DNA of 64,000 nucleotides from positions 4,493 through 68,492 of the forward strand of contig CAYYQK010000004.1 in NCBI GenBank assembly GCA_964473815.1, in the 5' to 3' direction. The translations under genes were made by a program, and so were the position numbers. Below, piece by piece: positions 41,501-49,993 of this stretch. Below the pieces are notes generated by a model that searched no databases, was not told where the DNA came from, and was given only the letters and a program-made list of their open reading frames with translations. The first letter of the stretch is position 1. Each line of letters begins with the position of its first letter. Origin of the DNA: an uncultured Candidatus Saccharibacteria bacterium (GTDB lineage: Bacteria > Patescibacteriota > Doudnabacteria > UBA920).

Positions 41501-41755
41501 TTCTGGATCCACGGGACCCCCAGGCTTTATGTCAGGGTTAGTGGAAAGCGTCGCAGTAGTATCTGTATGAGTTTCTGATTCTACAGGCTGCTGCGAGGAT
41601 TGTTCATGTTTTGAAGAAACAACTTTAGAACTGGAATTTTCTTTCGTTGCATCCGATTTCGCAGTAGGCTCATCGGCAAAGGCCTGAGTAACTGGCGTTA
41701 AAATCAAACTAATTATTAATAACCCAAGCAAATATATTTTTACGGTTTTAAGCAT
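35543..41755 (-). CDS. Secreted SpvB + FG-GAP/VCBS + YD/Rhs polymorphic toxin
   Basis: Signal peptide; TGALTYSYPI..P.LSLNY; repeated D.NGDG..D; YD repeats; YTGHEED..GLVY.ARYYNP..GRF.SQDP; NPINNIDPTG. Confidence 0.9.
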   Translation of the reverse strand: MLKTVKIYLLGLLIISLILTPVTQAFADEPTAKSDATKENSSSKVVSSKHEQSSQQPVESETHTDTTATLSTNPDIKPGGPVDPEDPNAEDANIKKDVAKQASLAAPVGSGGALGFNSSAQPKASVDQSTGALTYSYPIFLPEGRAGMTPQLSLNYDSRNSAKPDTIMGLGWEASVPYIKREPVKGTDNLYTKAFFSSSSSGNLIATTDTSSSQFTTYRPESDNGDYLKYTYNSNNSWTVTGKDGRTYTYGYTTASRQDNPADTTKIYKWMLSKIADPHGNEIQYTYIKDNAQIYPSQIAYTYNSTSPAIHTVTFNYTNPYQYSTTVYNAGFAVKTIKQMSSIVVSSTTDLTVSETYTLTYSSIPFSKLQNLLLIQRSASIPNYVYSENFQDTTKFSYSTKTVGWQQGTHSLAGLGLPTDSAAGWTGATYTNDFDQNGYPDVLIGTTPTKFLLNNGTNFVDSTSSWSAPAINGHYAILDLNGDHYPDLQPRQFDVGESGATPLYLNTGSSFASQSGNTWDIRSYIPEDYFCGPNVGDRSSAESNTFLYDINNDGKNDILYFGGTSNFKVFLNNGNGWTQSSAYTFTPKVGQTYTLSPNCPPNPVSEKWQALIDLNGDGRLDYINESYGIYLNTGSGFAYSIPYSVSMGSAATTGFSDINGDGLVDMMTKNSLGVRTFLNTGVGFSDVDPIWNASGMQWSASSQYWGALVDVNSDGFPDQIAKSTVGSGEMAVLGLDDGSSTWTSLTLPQQATWIPMAQLKESLWLDVNSDGVNDFITSKTNFSGTIINSLVLMGKPAVPNKLTVITSPFGGKTSISYGTAPTNLDDTHASPVSVVNKVTIQNIGVGQPDEVTQYAYSGGAYIKDPATAQTRFVGFHKVTATESGSDLAPIRITDTYFLQDNGSDSSTNEPADNNLSLVGKPYYSIIKNPSATTKKENWLKYGFYNLVTEPVVGRYSNFVYPTESVSKITSSGTSVGTAQTYGYDTSIGEQTSQINLGFVTVASDGTYTDTTSDSRYNYNEYSSNGGGTMVKLKREDVRTSSSPTDTIARIDYYYDSQSLGSIGSFGDLTKQSKWISGNGSVVADITYTYDSYGNVLTVTNPRLATTTYTYDATKSYVATETNALNQTTTHTYVVWMPNTVIDPNGRTTSFGYTALGNLYTTTTQNTGGTQVDRQYIANFGDSGYGIEHFKFVDSGNTLNSVEILDNFGQPVRLATKRLSDGKYYLKSAKIYDALGRISKLSVPYGTGDTNESNMFTATVPSTLYTTTSYDVLDRPTSVANSIGTTSMSYAGVETTTTDANNHQKKVSSDAYGNIVKVKEYNNSSQYTTNYVYDNRNLLTGLTDALGNVRSFAYNNAGWITNSEDLHASGDSSFGSTSWTYDANGNRLVETKPNGANDTRTYDQLDRVSTIDGSGTAGTDYTFVYDNCTNGKGQVCSVSGTLPNSVSLSKTYSYGISGVPTSTTLTTLGNSYTTSYTYNIADQTKKTTYQNGAGVRYAFGDWGLPSTVYTTTPGGTEALYATTVFDHQEKPTSISISGGPTITHTYDANKMYRESAMSAVSGSTTLQSYDYTYDSVNNITQIAEPGLTKAYTYDDLNRLTQSVYTPTTGSPTTYSYSYDAIGNITSMNGAAYTYSGAGKTNPHAVTSVGSNNYTYDDNGNMITAPNQALTWNWQNQPTRVTVGGTTNIDSYYDESGQRFIYQTPSGTEVQAESGYLVRGSTPEVSISLGGTQIGTISGTNIYSSITDNLGTPVKEISGATTVSEAVTYDPFGKVLSQTGSIDTKHGYTGHEEDVDTGLVYAKARYYNPSIGRFASQDPLFIYAGFDKTDPQGMNSYAYVVNNPINNIDPTGLFGFRSAWDSVSGTVTAWTLSTSSFVSSTVSDLNPFSIKTAYAPANITETLPNTYISQGKPLSNARANALNGSGAFADKSLQTGALIISVVQPEFSDALLPDGIAAVSPELGVEGSYSRAASHIINDHEYVRYPGMSEERIANLAKETKESADYYGRIKGVDPLTGKDVNKQYYGSKTTGQVFINTNVGEPTMFPKNTSQAMGRYIRKNLMEDTRTYGRR

Positions 41756-41794
41756 GCTTTTTAAGTTAATAGTTAAAAATTAATAATTTTGGAT

Positions 41795-41821
41795 AAAAAA
41801 AACGACCGTAAATTACGGTCG
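41795..41821 (-). terminator. Intrinsic terminator 40 nt upstream of the rhs start
   Basis: cgaccgta-att-tacggtcg-T8 on the minus strand. Confidence 0.7.
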
Positions 41822-41923
41822 CAAAAGAAAGGAGATAAAAGTTTCGCCAGTAAAAACAGGCGCGGATAGCACTGGATTAATCGGAACAATTAAAAATGTG
41901 AGATCGGTTTGCTGCATATTCAT
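41813..41923 (-). CDS. Possible 36-aa leader peptide upstream of rhs
   Basis: MNMQQTDLTFLIVPINPVLSAPVFTGETFISFLLRP*; stop codon inside the terminator hairpin. Confidence 0.35.
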   Translation of the reverse strand: MNMQQTDLTFLIVPINPVLSAPVFTGETFISFLLRP

Positions 41924-42123
41924 AGGGGTTTCCCGAAATAGCTAAGTAGGATATACCTAAATTAATTGGTTGTCAATAAGAAGTTTATTGATAACCGCAT
42001 ACCATTTAGGTATAAGATAATATCTTAATCCTTCCAAATTTTCTTGTCAAATAAATCTTAAAAAGTAAATAATTTTTCTAGGGAAAATAAATCTCCCTGA
42101 AATAAGGGAGATATCTGTGAAAG

Positions 42124-42489
42124 CTATTTGGTTGGTGCTACTTTTATATTTGTCACGGGATAAATGTTCTTTATCTTCAAAATTTTTTCTATTCGTCCCA
42201 ATCTCTTATCATGACTAACGGAGGATCTCATTAAAGCGTTGCTATCTTCGAGGTCTCTTTTATTAATCATTTGAACAGTTTTCTTTATTTCTTTTACATC
42301 CGTTCCAATTGTATTTATCTGCACTTTCAATGAATCCATGTTTTCTTTCATTGAATCCATGTTTTCTTTCATTGAATCCATGTTTTCTTTCATTGAATCA
42401 ACACTACCTTTAATCGAATGTAAATCTTCTTTGCTTGGAAAAATTTCTTTCATCTTCTCGATCAAATCATTGTTAGAAGTATTATTCAT
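42124..42489 (-). CDS. Coiled-coil hypothetical protein with heptad tandem repeat
   Basis: (DSMKENM)x3. Confidence 0.65.
   Translation of the reverse strand: MNNTSNNDLIEKMKEIFPSKEDLHSIKGSVDSMKENMDSMKENMDSMKENMDSLKVQINTIGTDVKEIKKTVQMINKRDLEDSNALMRSSVSHDKRLGRIEKILKIKNIYPVTNIKVAPTK
42331..42399. repeat. 21-bp perfect tandem repeat x3.3
   Basis: Unit tgaatccatgttttctttcat. Confidence 0.9.
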
Positions 42490-42572
42490 ATCTTTGTAAT
42501 TAATTATATATTCACATTAACAAACTATTGACCAAAGTCAAGACTAAAAAAGATAAAGTTTTCCTGAAGATT

Positions 42573-43241
42573 TTATCGCAACTTCGCAATCTCTGCATCG
42601 TATTCACTAGCGCCGCCAGGGTTAATGTTCCGGGCTGTTTCCCAGTAACCAATAGCCTTTTCTTTATTGCCAGTTGAACTCAAGAACTTCGCATAAGCAA
42701 TCACAACATCCAAGTTATTCTTTGTTCCTTTAATCGCAGCTGCGTACATTGAATCCAATTGCTCAGCCTTAGATCCCTTTAACAAATCTATGTACGCTAA
42801 CCAAGCCTGGGCATTGGTTTCATCCTGTGCTAATCCCCGACTTAAATACAACTTTGCATTATTAACATCCCCTACTCCCCTATATGCAAATCCATAGTCA
42901 AAATCCACTCGACTATTCTTGTTCTTTTCTGTCGGAATCGCATTTAAAGAATTCAAGGCATCCTGAAACTTCTCCAGTTGAATTTGCACCTCTGCTAAAC
43001 CTATATAGATTACATACTGTCCTTCAGCTGATGTATCTTTTGTTAAAGCCTTTGCCTGGGTCTGCAAATCTGCCAATCGAGCTTCCAAAGCTTTCTTTTT
43101 CTCTTCTGGAGACAGTTCAGTAACCTGCTTTAAAGTGAGGTCTTTGCGTGCTGCATTCTTATGCTTGTACTGCAAATAACCATAAATCCCGCCCGCTACG
43201 AGCAATAATACAATAATTACATAAAAGATGTTTTTCCGCAT
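42573..43241 (-). CDS. Membrane-anchored TPR-like protein
   Basis: N-terminal TM; YAKFLSSTGNKEKAIGYWETARNINP. Confidence 0.75.
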   Translation of the reverse strand: MRKNIFYVIIVLLLVAGGIYGYLQYKHKNAARKDLTLKQVTELSPEEKKKALEARLADLQTQAKALTKDTSAEGQYVIYIGLAEVQIQLEKFQDALNSLNAIPTEKNKNSRVDFDYGFAYRGVGDVNNAKLYLSRGLAQDETNAQAWLAYIDLLKGSKAEQLDSMYAAAIKGTKNNLDVVIAYAKFLSSTGNKEKAIGYWETARNINPGGASEYDAEIAKLR

Positions 43242-43318
43242 AAAATAATATTAACTTCTGAAGTCTATATATTATAACAGACGAATTAACATAAAATGAG
43301 TTACACAAACAAAAAAAC

Positions 43319-43344
43319 AAAACCCCTCCCGAAGGAGGGGTTTT
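43319..43344 (-). terminator. Terminator of the S-layer-like gene
   Basis: aaaacccctcc-cgaa-ggaggggtttt. Confidence 0.75.
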
Positions 43345-43395
43345 GCCGCTTTCAGACCTTAGCTTGCGCTAAGAACGAAGTATAAACTAAATAGT

Positions 43396-45675
43396 TTAGT
43401 TAATAGCTACGTATGGAGTCTGAGAATCAGTTTGGAACTGAGAAGCGTTGAAGGTGTTGATGGTACGTGTAGCTGAATCCTTGGAGGTTGCAGCAGTAAT
43501 ATCATCAGTTGTCCATTCAATACCAGATAGGTATGCACGAACTTGACCAGCAGCAGTGCTGTTAGTACCGGTTACAGTGATGCGGAAAGTCTTAGTTTGA
43601 CCAGGGGTCAACTTGAAGAAGTTCTCACCGCTGTACACACCTTGGTATGCTGTAGCATCAGCAGCTACAGTAATAGAGTTGGTAGAGCCAGTGTTAGCTA
43701 TGGTACCGCTTAGAGCAGTCAACGCGTTAGAACCAGACTGTTGGATAGCGTAGATATCATCTACGTCATCAGTAGCACTGGAAGAAACTACGTCAACGTT
43801 ATCAGAGTTAACGTAAACATCATCATTACCGATGTTCTTTACAGTAATGTCCCAAGTGAAGGTAGCCAAGTCATTGGTTGCTCCGTCTTGAGTGCTTACA
43901 GTAGCATCAGCAGAATCTACATCTACAGTAATGCCGTTAGAGAACAATGAAGATGCAGTGCTGATTGCAGAACCAGTAAGGTCTGCAGAAGCTACGTCAT
44001 TTCCATTTTGGTCTTGGGCATCAATAGAAGTTACATCAAGAGTAGCTTGGATAGTTGTACCTTGTATGTAGTGGCCAGTAGACTTGATGAAGTTCAATTT
44101 AACTGTGAAGTCTTGAGTATCGTGAGAATTGATGTCGATGTCTAGATCGTCAAATACAACTTGGTCGCTAGTAGATGCGGTATTAACGTCATCAGAAGCG
44201 ATCTTTTCAGAACCCATGTATAGGTCAGCAGTAGTAGCTACAGAAGTGATATCAGAATCACTAGTAGTCAAAGTCACAGGAATGGACTTGATGTGAATGT
44301 CTGAGTCACCACGAGCTTCTAAGTTAAAGGCTAATACAGGTACGTCATTAGTTGAATTTGTATCATCTACTAGGATGTTATGAGAATCGTTAGTAGCTTT
44401 TTCTTCATCGTTCAAAGTAGCACGAAGTTCTACATCAGCTGCAGTTGCAAAGGTTTCGAAGTCGAAGGCGCGAGCTAGAGAAAGGCCAGAAGTGTCAGTG
44501 GTGGTAGTTACACCATCACCGTCGGTGAAGCGAACATTCAACACATCAGCATGCCATGCATCAGTGTCAATATTGCCAGAATCTAGGCTATCCTTAGCAG
44601 AAACCTTAACTGAGAAAGTAGCAGTTGTACCGGCTTTAACAATAGCATCGGCACCGCTCAAAGCTACAGACTTAGTGTAAACGTGGCTGTCTTCGTTGAA
44701 GTCAGAAGGATCAGCAGAACCAACTTGGTTGTCGCCGTTCCATACAGTTACTTCATCGATGTACTTATTGATATCTTTTGAATCTCCTGAATTGCTCTGC
44801 CATAACTTTACCTTAACGGAGTTAATGCGAACATCAGAGTCGTTACCAGCTTTGATTTTAAAGGCCATTACGCCCTTATCAGTTTCACCTTCTCCGATGC
44901 TCTCGTTAGAGTACAAAGAAGAAGAGCTGACAGTGATGTCACCTACGGTACCGTTAAGGTCACCGTTGTCGCCACCATTGTCGATAGGTGCAGAAGCGGT
45001 AGGAACTAAGTCACCAGCCATACGAGCTGGGATGATACCAGTTTGGCTCAATAGTTTGTCTGCAGAGTTTGCAGGAACTACATCAGAGAAGCTCCAGCCC
45101 CATGAATTAAATACATCCATGGAAGGAACGCCCCAAAGGCCACCAGAAACGATCAACTGAACAGTACCACCGTTGTTGATAAGAGTACCAGCACGGTGTT
45201 GTGCAGAAGCGTTATCTACGTTAGAAGTCTTGCTTAAGAAAGAAGAGTCACCGTAGAAAGCGCGACCGAAAGAGTAACCTTGGCCAGTGAATACAGAAGC
45301 GCTAGTGAAAGCAGCTTTGTTACCACCAGTGATTAAAGAACATTCGCCCTTTACATCAGAACCCTTAGTTTCGGTAGCACAGAAGATGCGACCGTCTTGA
45401 GGAGCGATGAAATCACCAGTTGGAAGACCAGTTACAGTGCTGTCAGCATCCTTAACTTGAGAGAATGACAAGAAGCCATAGCTCATGAAGGCGCCGCCAG
45501 ATGTAAATGGACGACGGTGCATATCCTTGGTGATAAACCATACAGTACCATCAGTGGTCTTGTATACTTCACCAGCGGTTGCAGCGTGAGTAGTAGCAAC
45601 TGGAAGAACCATCATCATGGTAGCCATGGCAACAGTAGAAACACCAGTTACAACTTTAGTAATAAATTTAGACAT
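43396..45675 (-). CDS. Secreted S-layer-like surface protein
   Basis: Signal peptide; Asp/Thr/Ser-rich beta-type repeats; N-terminal FMSYGF/FNSWGW repeats; strong codon bias. Confidence 0.7.
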   Translation of the reverse strand: MSKFITKVVTGVSTVAMATMMMVLPVATTHAATAGEVYKTTDGTVWFITKDMHRRPFTSGGAFMSYGFLSFSQVKDADSTVTGLPTGDFIAPQDGRIFCATETKGSDVKGECSLITGGNKAAFTSASVFTGQGYSFGRAFYGDSSFLSKTSNVDNASAQHRAGTLINNGGTVQLIVSGGLWGVPSMDVFNSWGWSFSDVVPANSADKLLSQTGIIPARMAGDLVPTASAPIDNGGDNGDLNGTVGDITVSSSSLYSNESIGEGETDKGVMAFKIKAGNDSDVRINSVKVKLWQSNSGDSKDINKYIDEVTVWNGDNQVGSADPSDFNEDSHVYTKSVALSGADAIVKAGTTATFSVKVSAKDSLDSGNIDTDAWHADVLNVRFTDGDGVTTTTDTSGLSLARAFDFETFATAADVELRATLNDEEKATNDSHNILVDDTNSTNDVPVLAFNLEARGDSDIHIKSIPVTLTTSDSDITSVATTADLYMGSEKIASDDVNTASTSDQVVFDDLDIDINSHDTQDFTVKLNFIKSTGHYIQGTTIQATLDVTSIDAQDQNGNDVASADLTGSAISTASSLFSNGITVDVDSADATVSTQDGATNDLATFTWDITVKNIGNDDVYVNSDNVDVVSSSATDDVDDIYAIQQSGSNALTALSGTIANTGSTNSITVAADATAYQGVYSGENFFKLTPGQTKTFRITVTGTNSTAAGQVRAYLSGIEWTTDDITAATSKDSATRTINTFNASQFQTDSQTPYVAIN

Positions 45676-46388
45676 TATTTGCTCCATTTTCTGTAGTTGT
45701 CGGTTCTCGCTTGTGTTCATTAAGACAAAAGAGAGACGGCTAATTGATTATTCAATTGAGACAATCAATGCTACAGAAAACAAATTAATTAGTATTAACG
45801 AACTTTTATCTCAGACTCTCCCCTGCCGCTCTAGAGTTCGTCAGAGGCGTTGGGGTAAAAGACCGATTATTGATTGGTCCCGACTAAAACCATAGTTCCA
45901 CACAGTTCGACCAAGGATCCTTTTTAATTAAAGAGGCACCTGGGTGGTGTATTTATAGTTGGGTCAATAATTGAATGTAATAGGACTCGCCGCCGGTTCT
46001 TGATTTGAGGGTTTTTCAGTTTTTGCGAAGTTATCGCTGTTGCCAATACACAGACGGGCTATTTTGCCAGTTGTTACACTATAGATTACTCAAAAATTAT
46101 GAGAAAAATATGGGTGTTTTATTTACATATTGGAAACAAAAAAGCCGCCCGATCTGCCAGAAATGCTAGTGTTTTGCTATTTTATAGCTTACATAAGCTT
46201 TTTCCGGTAGGATTCCGACAACTTCATAATTACAATAGAGATGTGCTTCTTTGGGAAACTATCATATATTGATTTCTAGATTATAAAACATTTTTCATTT
46301 GGTGTCAAATTGATTTGTCACCAATATATGGCCTTGCTAAAAGTGGCAAATTTGGCTATACTGCCCTAGTATTTGATACGAATTGTTA

Positions 46389-46465
46389 CGGGAACTGGCT
46401 CAATTGGCTAGAGCACTCGGTTTGGGACCGAGAGGTTCCGGGTTCGAGTCCCGGGTTCCCGACCA
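46389..46465 (+). tRNA. tRNA-Pro(TGG)
   Basis: Acceptor cgggaac/gttcccg; ctcgg-tttggga-ccgag; CCA. Confidence 0.95.
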
Positions 46466-46503
46466 GAAATGGTTTGAAAAGCTGGCGGGATCTGCCCGCT
46501 TCT

Positions 46504-46578
46504 GCGGGCATCGTATAATGGTTATTATCTCAGTTTTCCAAACTGATGATAGGGGTCCGATTCCCCTTGCCCGCTCCA
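46504..46578 (+). tRNA. tRNA-Gly(TCC)
   Basis: Acceptor gcgggca/tgcccgc; tcagt-tttccaa-actga; CCA. Confidence 0.93.
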
Positions 46579-46592
46579 AAAAATAGAATTTT

Positions 46593-46616
46593 AAAACCGC
46601 CCGGAAGGGCGGTTTT
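46593..46616. terminator. Bidirectional terminator
   Basis: aaaaccgccc-ggaa-gggcggtttt. Confidence 0.8.
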
Positions 46617-46631
46617 ATCTTTGAACTTATT

Positions 46632-46925
46632 TTAACTGTTGCGCAGCTTCACTGCATCTTTGAACGCTTCACCAGCTTTGAATTTTGGAGTATTCAATTC
46701 TGGAATTTGAATTTTCTGAGAAGGGTTACGTGGGTTAACGCCGATACGCGGATCACGATGAGAAACGCTAAATTGTCCAAAGCCGCTAATATTTACCTTT
46801 TCGCCACTGCGCAGTGTCTCATATACTAAGTTGATGAAAGTATTTAACATTCGTTCGGCTTCGGTATAAGTCACAGACATGCGGGCAGCAAGTTGTTCAA
46901 TAAGATCGGATTTATTTAAGCTCAT
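46632..46925 (-). CDS. hup: HU family DNA-binding protein
   Basis: NKSDLI, GFGQF, GVNP, PKFKAG. Confidence 0.92.
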   Translation of the reverse strand: MSLNKSDLIEQLAARMSVTYTEAERMLNTFINLVYETLRSGEKVNISGFGQFSVSHRDPRIGVNPRNPSQKIQIPELNTPKFKAGEAFKDAVKLRNS

Positions 46926-46994
46926 AATTTTAGGTGCTTAATAATCTTGTGTTACCAGATTATAGCATAGATATGAAGAAAACTTAAAAACTTC

Positions 46995-47084
46995 TTACCG
47001 TTTGGTAATGAAGGTACCAATGGCATTGATCGCCATGGCGATTCCGATTTCAATAAATTTCCAAACTCTTTTAAGTGCACTCAT
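46995..47084 (-). CDS. 29-aa cationic amphipathic peptide (not in ORF track)
   Basis: MSALKRVWKFIEIGIAMAINAIGTFITKR*; TATAAT lies 6 nt upstream of ATG. Confidence 0.5.
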   Translation of the reverse strand: MSALKRVWKFIEIGIAMAINAIGTFITKR

Positions 47085-47098
47085 GTTGTTATTATAAC

Positions 47099-49024
47099 TC
47101 AGCTGACTCGCCCCGTAAATATCAATTTATAAAGTGCGGCTAAACCGGCTGTGACGGCTGCTGCGCCCATCGCAATAATTTTTCCGGCAGATTCTTTTTT
47201 TGAGTCAGATTTTGAACTGGCAGTGGTTGAATTATTGGTGTTGGAATTAGAGGGTGTGGTTGCTGCTTTTGAAGTTGCGATTTTGGTTACAGTTTTTGTT
47301 GCGGGCTTTACAGAAGTTTTAGCCGCAACTTTTACTGCTGGTTTACTTGTGGGTGGTTTAGGGGTGGTTATTGGTTTGATGATTTTTATTTCTTCCGGAA
47401 GTTTTAATATATTACTATTTCCTTTTGTAACTTCCGTGGTCCACAGAAAACCATCTTCGAACAAGGCATAACTAGAAGCTTTGATTGCTTGCGGATACGT
47501 TACTGAATCAATATTTTTTGATCCTAGTTTGAGGGCTACAGTTTGACCGGAATTGCGTAGTCCTGCTGGAAAACCAGAATCTATTACAAAATATTCTCCT
47601 GGCTTAAGAACTTGGTCGGGAAGCTGTTTGTGTTTATCCCCTACCCAAAGAGTCAACATTGAAAGCTGGGCAATTTCCTCACCACTGTTGTAGAGTTCCA
47701 AAAATTCTTTTTCACCACTACTCGGCGCAGGGTAAATTTCCGAAATTTTTACACCACTGTCATCATAGGTGGGAGTTTTTACTACCGGCAACACTACGAG
47801 TGGGTTTGTATCAGCAGCATTATTGGCCTCTGTTATTGGCGGCAAACCATTATCTTCGCCGATTGTTGAAGTTGCCCACATCCAATTGTCATCCTTAAAT
47901 TTTGAATACGATTGTCCTTCCGGCGCAGTTCCCTGATACGACACGCTATCAATTACCTGACCATCACTGGTGAGTAAAGTGACAATATCGCCACCAGTAT
48001 TATTGAGTGCGAAGTCTGTAGACGGAATTGTGATTACAGCAAAACTGTCCGGTGCGATTTCGATAGAAGGCAGTACCTCAGCATTGCTCGAAACAGGATC
48101 AGTTGGTGCAATGTCGTCTAAAATCAGCTTGTCGAGATTTACTGTGGTGTCACCGGCATTATACAGCTCGATTTGTTCTGCGCCAGCATCGGTACCAACC
48201 GGATTGGGTAACAATTCAGTAATTTGCAAGTTAGGAATTGGTTCTGGTGTAATGGGTGGTGTGGTAGGTTCTGTAGTAGGATCTGGTGTTGTTTCAGGCG
48301 GAGTGTCAGTGACAACTGGATCGGTAGGTGGCGTGACTGTTATAGGCGGCAGCGGATCTGTTGTTTGGTCGGTGGTTGGACCATTTGCGACAGGGTCTGG
48401 AATCACCGGCAAAGTCGGCAAAAATTCATCACTACTATTGCGCACGGCGCTTTGTTTAATTTCATAAACACCTTGCTCAGCAAATAAATCTTGCCGAACC
48501 AAACTTTGATTTGCACCAGGATTTTCCAAACCTGAAGAAACAAATCCATTACTGGTATTCCCCCAAGCAACGCTATCTATAATTACTCCGGTGTCAGCGG
48601 CGCCCTGACGCAAGGCCACGCCATTATTATCTGCCAAAGTAGCCGTAGTCAAACTGTCGGGAACTGTAGATATGCCAGTGAATGTGCTATTGGCCCACAA
48701 CCAAAAATGATGCGCCGGTACAATAGTAGAAGCCGTCCAGGAAACAATTGATGTATCCGTTGTACCGGCAGCTGTTCGTTTTACTAGGCGAAAACCTTTT
48801 AGGTCGATTGAGCTATTAGTCGGATTATAAAACTCAACAAAATCTTCCTGCGTGTGGTTAGTCCCGCCAGTAATTTGTACTGCGGAGATTATTAAATGAT
48901 TTATATTAGGAGGACTGGTTTCTGCCAAAGCGTATTGAAAACTGCCAGAGAATAGTAGAGACTGGGAGATGATCACGGCAAGCGCGAAGAAGCGGCGCAT
49001 AGAGCGCAAATGAATTTTTTGCAT
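47099..49024 (-). CDS. Surface protein with three lamin-tail-like domains, Pro/Thr linkers and C-terminal anchor
   Basis: IISAVQ..DFVEFYN, ITELLPNP..EQIELYN, ISEIYPAP..EFLELYN. Confidence 0.82.
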   Translation of the reverse strand: MQKIHLRSMRRFFALAVIISQSLLFSGSFQYALAETSPPNINHLIISAVQITGGTNHTQEDFVEFYNPTNSSIDLKGFRLVKRTAAGTTDTSIVSWTASTIVPAHHFWLWANSTFTGISTVPDSLTTATLADNNGVALRQGAADTGVIIDSVAWGNTSNGFVSSGLENPGANQSLVRQDLFAEQGVYEIKQSAVRNSSDEFLPTLPVIPDPVANGPTTDQTTDPLPPITVTPPTDPVVTDTPPETTPDPTTEPTTPPITPEPIPNLQITELLPNPVGTDAGAEQIELYNAGDTTVNLDKLILDDIAPTDPVSSNAEVLPSIEIAPDSFAVITIPSTDFALNNTGGDIVTLLTSDGQVIDSVSYQGTAPEGQSYSKFKDDNWMWATSTIGEDNGLPPITEANNAADTNPLVVLPVVKTPTYDDSGVKISEIYPAPSSGEKEFLELYNSGEEIAQLSMLTLWVGDKHKQLPDQVLKPGEYFVIDSGFPAGLRNSGQTVALKLGSKNIDSVTYPQAIKASSYALFEDGFLWTTEVTKGNSNILKLPEEIKIIKPITTPKPPTSKPAVKVAAKTSVKPATKTVTKIATSKAATTPSNSNTNNSTTASSKSDSKKESAGKIIAMGAAAVTAGLAALYKLIFTGRVS

Positions 49025-49141
49025 CTTGGTTAAATTAATTACTTAACCATTATGCAGAAGTAGTGATAAAGTCTCGTTAAAGAAAAACCAAAACTTTTCT
49101 AAAATCTTCAGAAAAAATTTATCTATAAATAAAAAACCGCT

Positions 49142-49594
49142 TTACTCAGCGGCTTCTTTTGTCTCTTCTTGTTGTACTTCATCAGGAAAATTTTTCTTAA
49201 ACAATGTTCCTAGTACCCCGTTTACAAACTTACCACTCGATTCCCCACCAAAGCGCTTGCCCATTTCGACGGCTTCGTTAATAGCAACTTTAGGCGGAAT
49301 CTTTTTCGCAAATATCAATTCAAAAATTCCTAAACGCAAAACGTTGCGGTCAATAATTGTAATTTGCGCAATTGGCCATTCTGGTGCAGTCTCAGTAATG
49401 ATCACGTCTATCTCGTCGATATGAGAGATAACCCCATCAACTAATTCACGAGCAAAATCAGTGTCATCTGCGCCAGCGGCGAATTCTTCCAAGACACGTT
49501 CAAGAACCGCAGAAAGATCTTCACTGCGATTATTAAAATCCCATTCAAAGAGTGCTTGGAGCGCGACAGTGCGCAAAAGGTGTCGGTTGGCCAT
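49142..49594 (-). CDS. nusB: Transcription antitermination factor NusB
   Basis: [23 protein letters not shown]. Confidence 0.95.
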   Translation of the reverse strand: MANRHLLRTVALQALFEWDFNNRSEDLSAVLERVLEEFAAGADDTDFARELVDGVISHIDEIDVIITETAPEWPIAQITIIDRNVLRLGIFELIFAKKIPPKVAINEAVEMGKRFGGESSGKFVNGVLGTLFKKNFPDEVQQEETKEAAE

Positions 49595-49630
49595 TTATTT
49601 AAAATCAGTTAAATAAAAAACGCAAAGTAA

Positions 49631-49798
49631 TTATACCACTTTGCGTCCTTTGTAATAACCACAGTTTGGACAAGGCTTGTGAGGCAAACTAGCGCTACCA
49701 CAATTTTTACAAGTGGCGAATGTGCTAGGAGTCAAAGCGTGATGACTGCGACGTTGGTCGCGACCACTGCGGGTTTTATGCTTTTTAGGTACACCCAT
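49631..49798 (-). CDS. rpmF: 50S ribosomal protein L32 (not in ORF track)
   Basis: MGVPKKHKTRSGRDQRRSH..CKNCG..PHKPCPNCGYYKGR. Confidence 0.95.
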   Translation of the reverse strand: MGVPKKHKTRSGRDQRRSHHALTPSTFATCKNCGSASLPHKPCPNCGYYKGRKVV

Positions 49799-49993
49799 GT
49801 ATTTGGAGGATTAAATAAAGTTAAATAGCAATGCGATAAGTATAGCTAAAATGGTCGATTTCGTCAAGGTTGCTTAATTTTGGATATAAAAAGATCCCAA
49901 GCCGCCGAAAACAACTTGGGATACTTTCTCGTTGAATCCACTCCCAGACTCGCTAGTAACTGGTTGTGGACAACAAGCTTGTGAGCAGCGAAG

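Noticed and set aside
42331-42399. Repeat as a CRISPR array
   Set aside because: Contiguous in-frame units with no spacers and no cas genes in the window.
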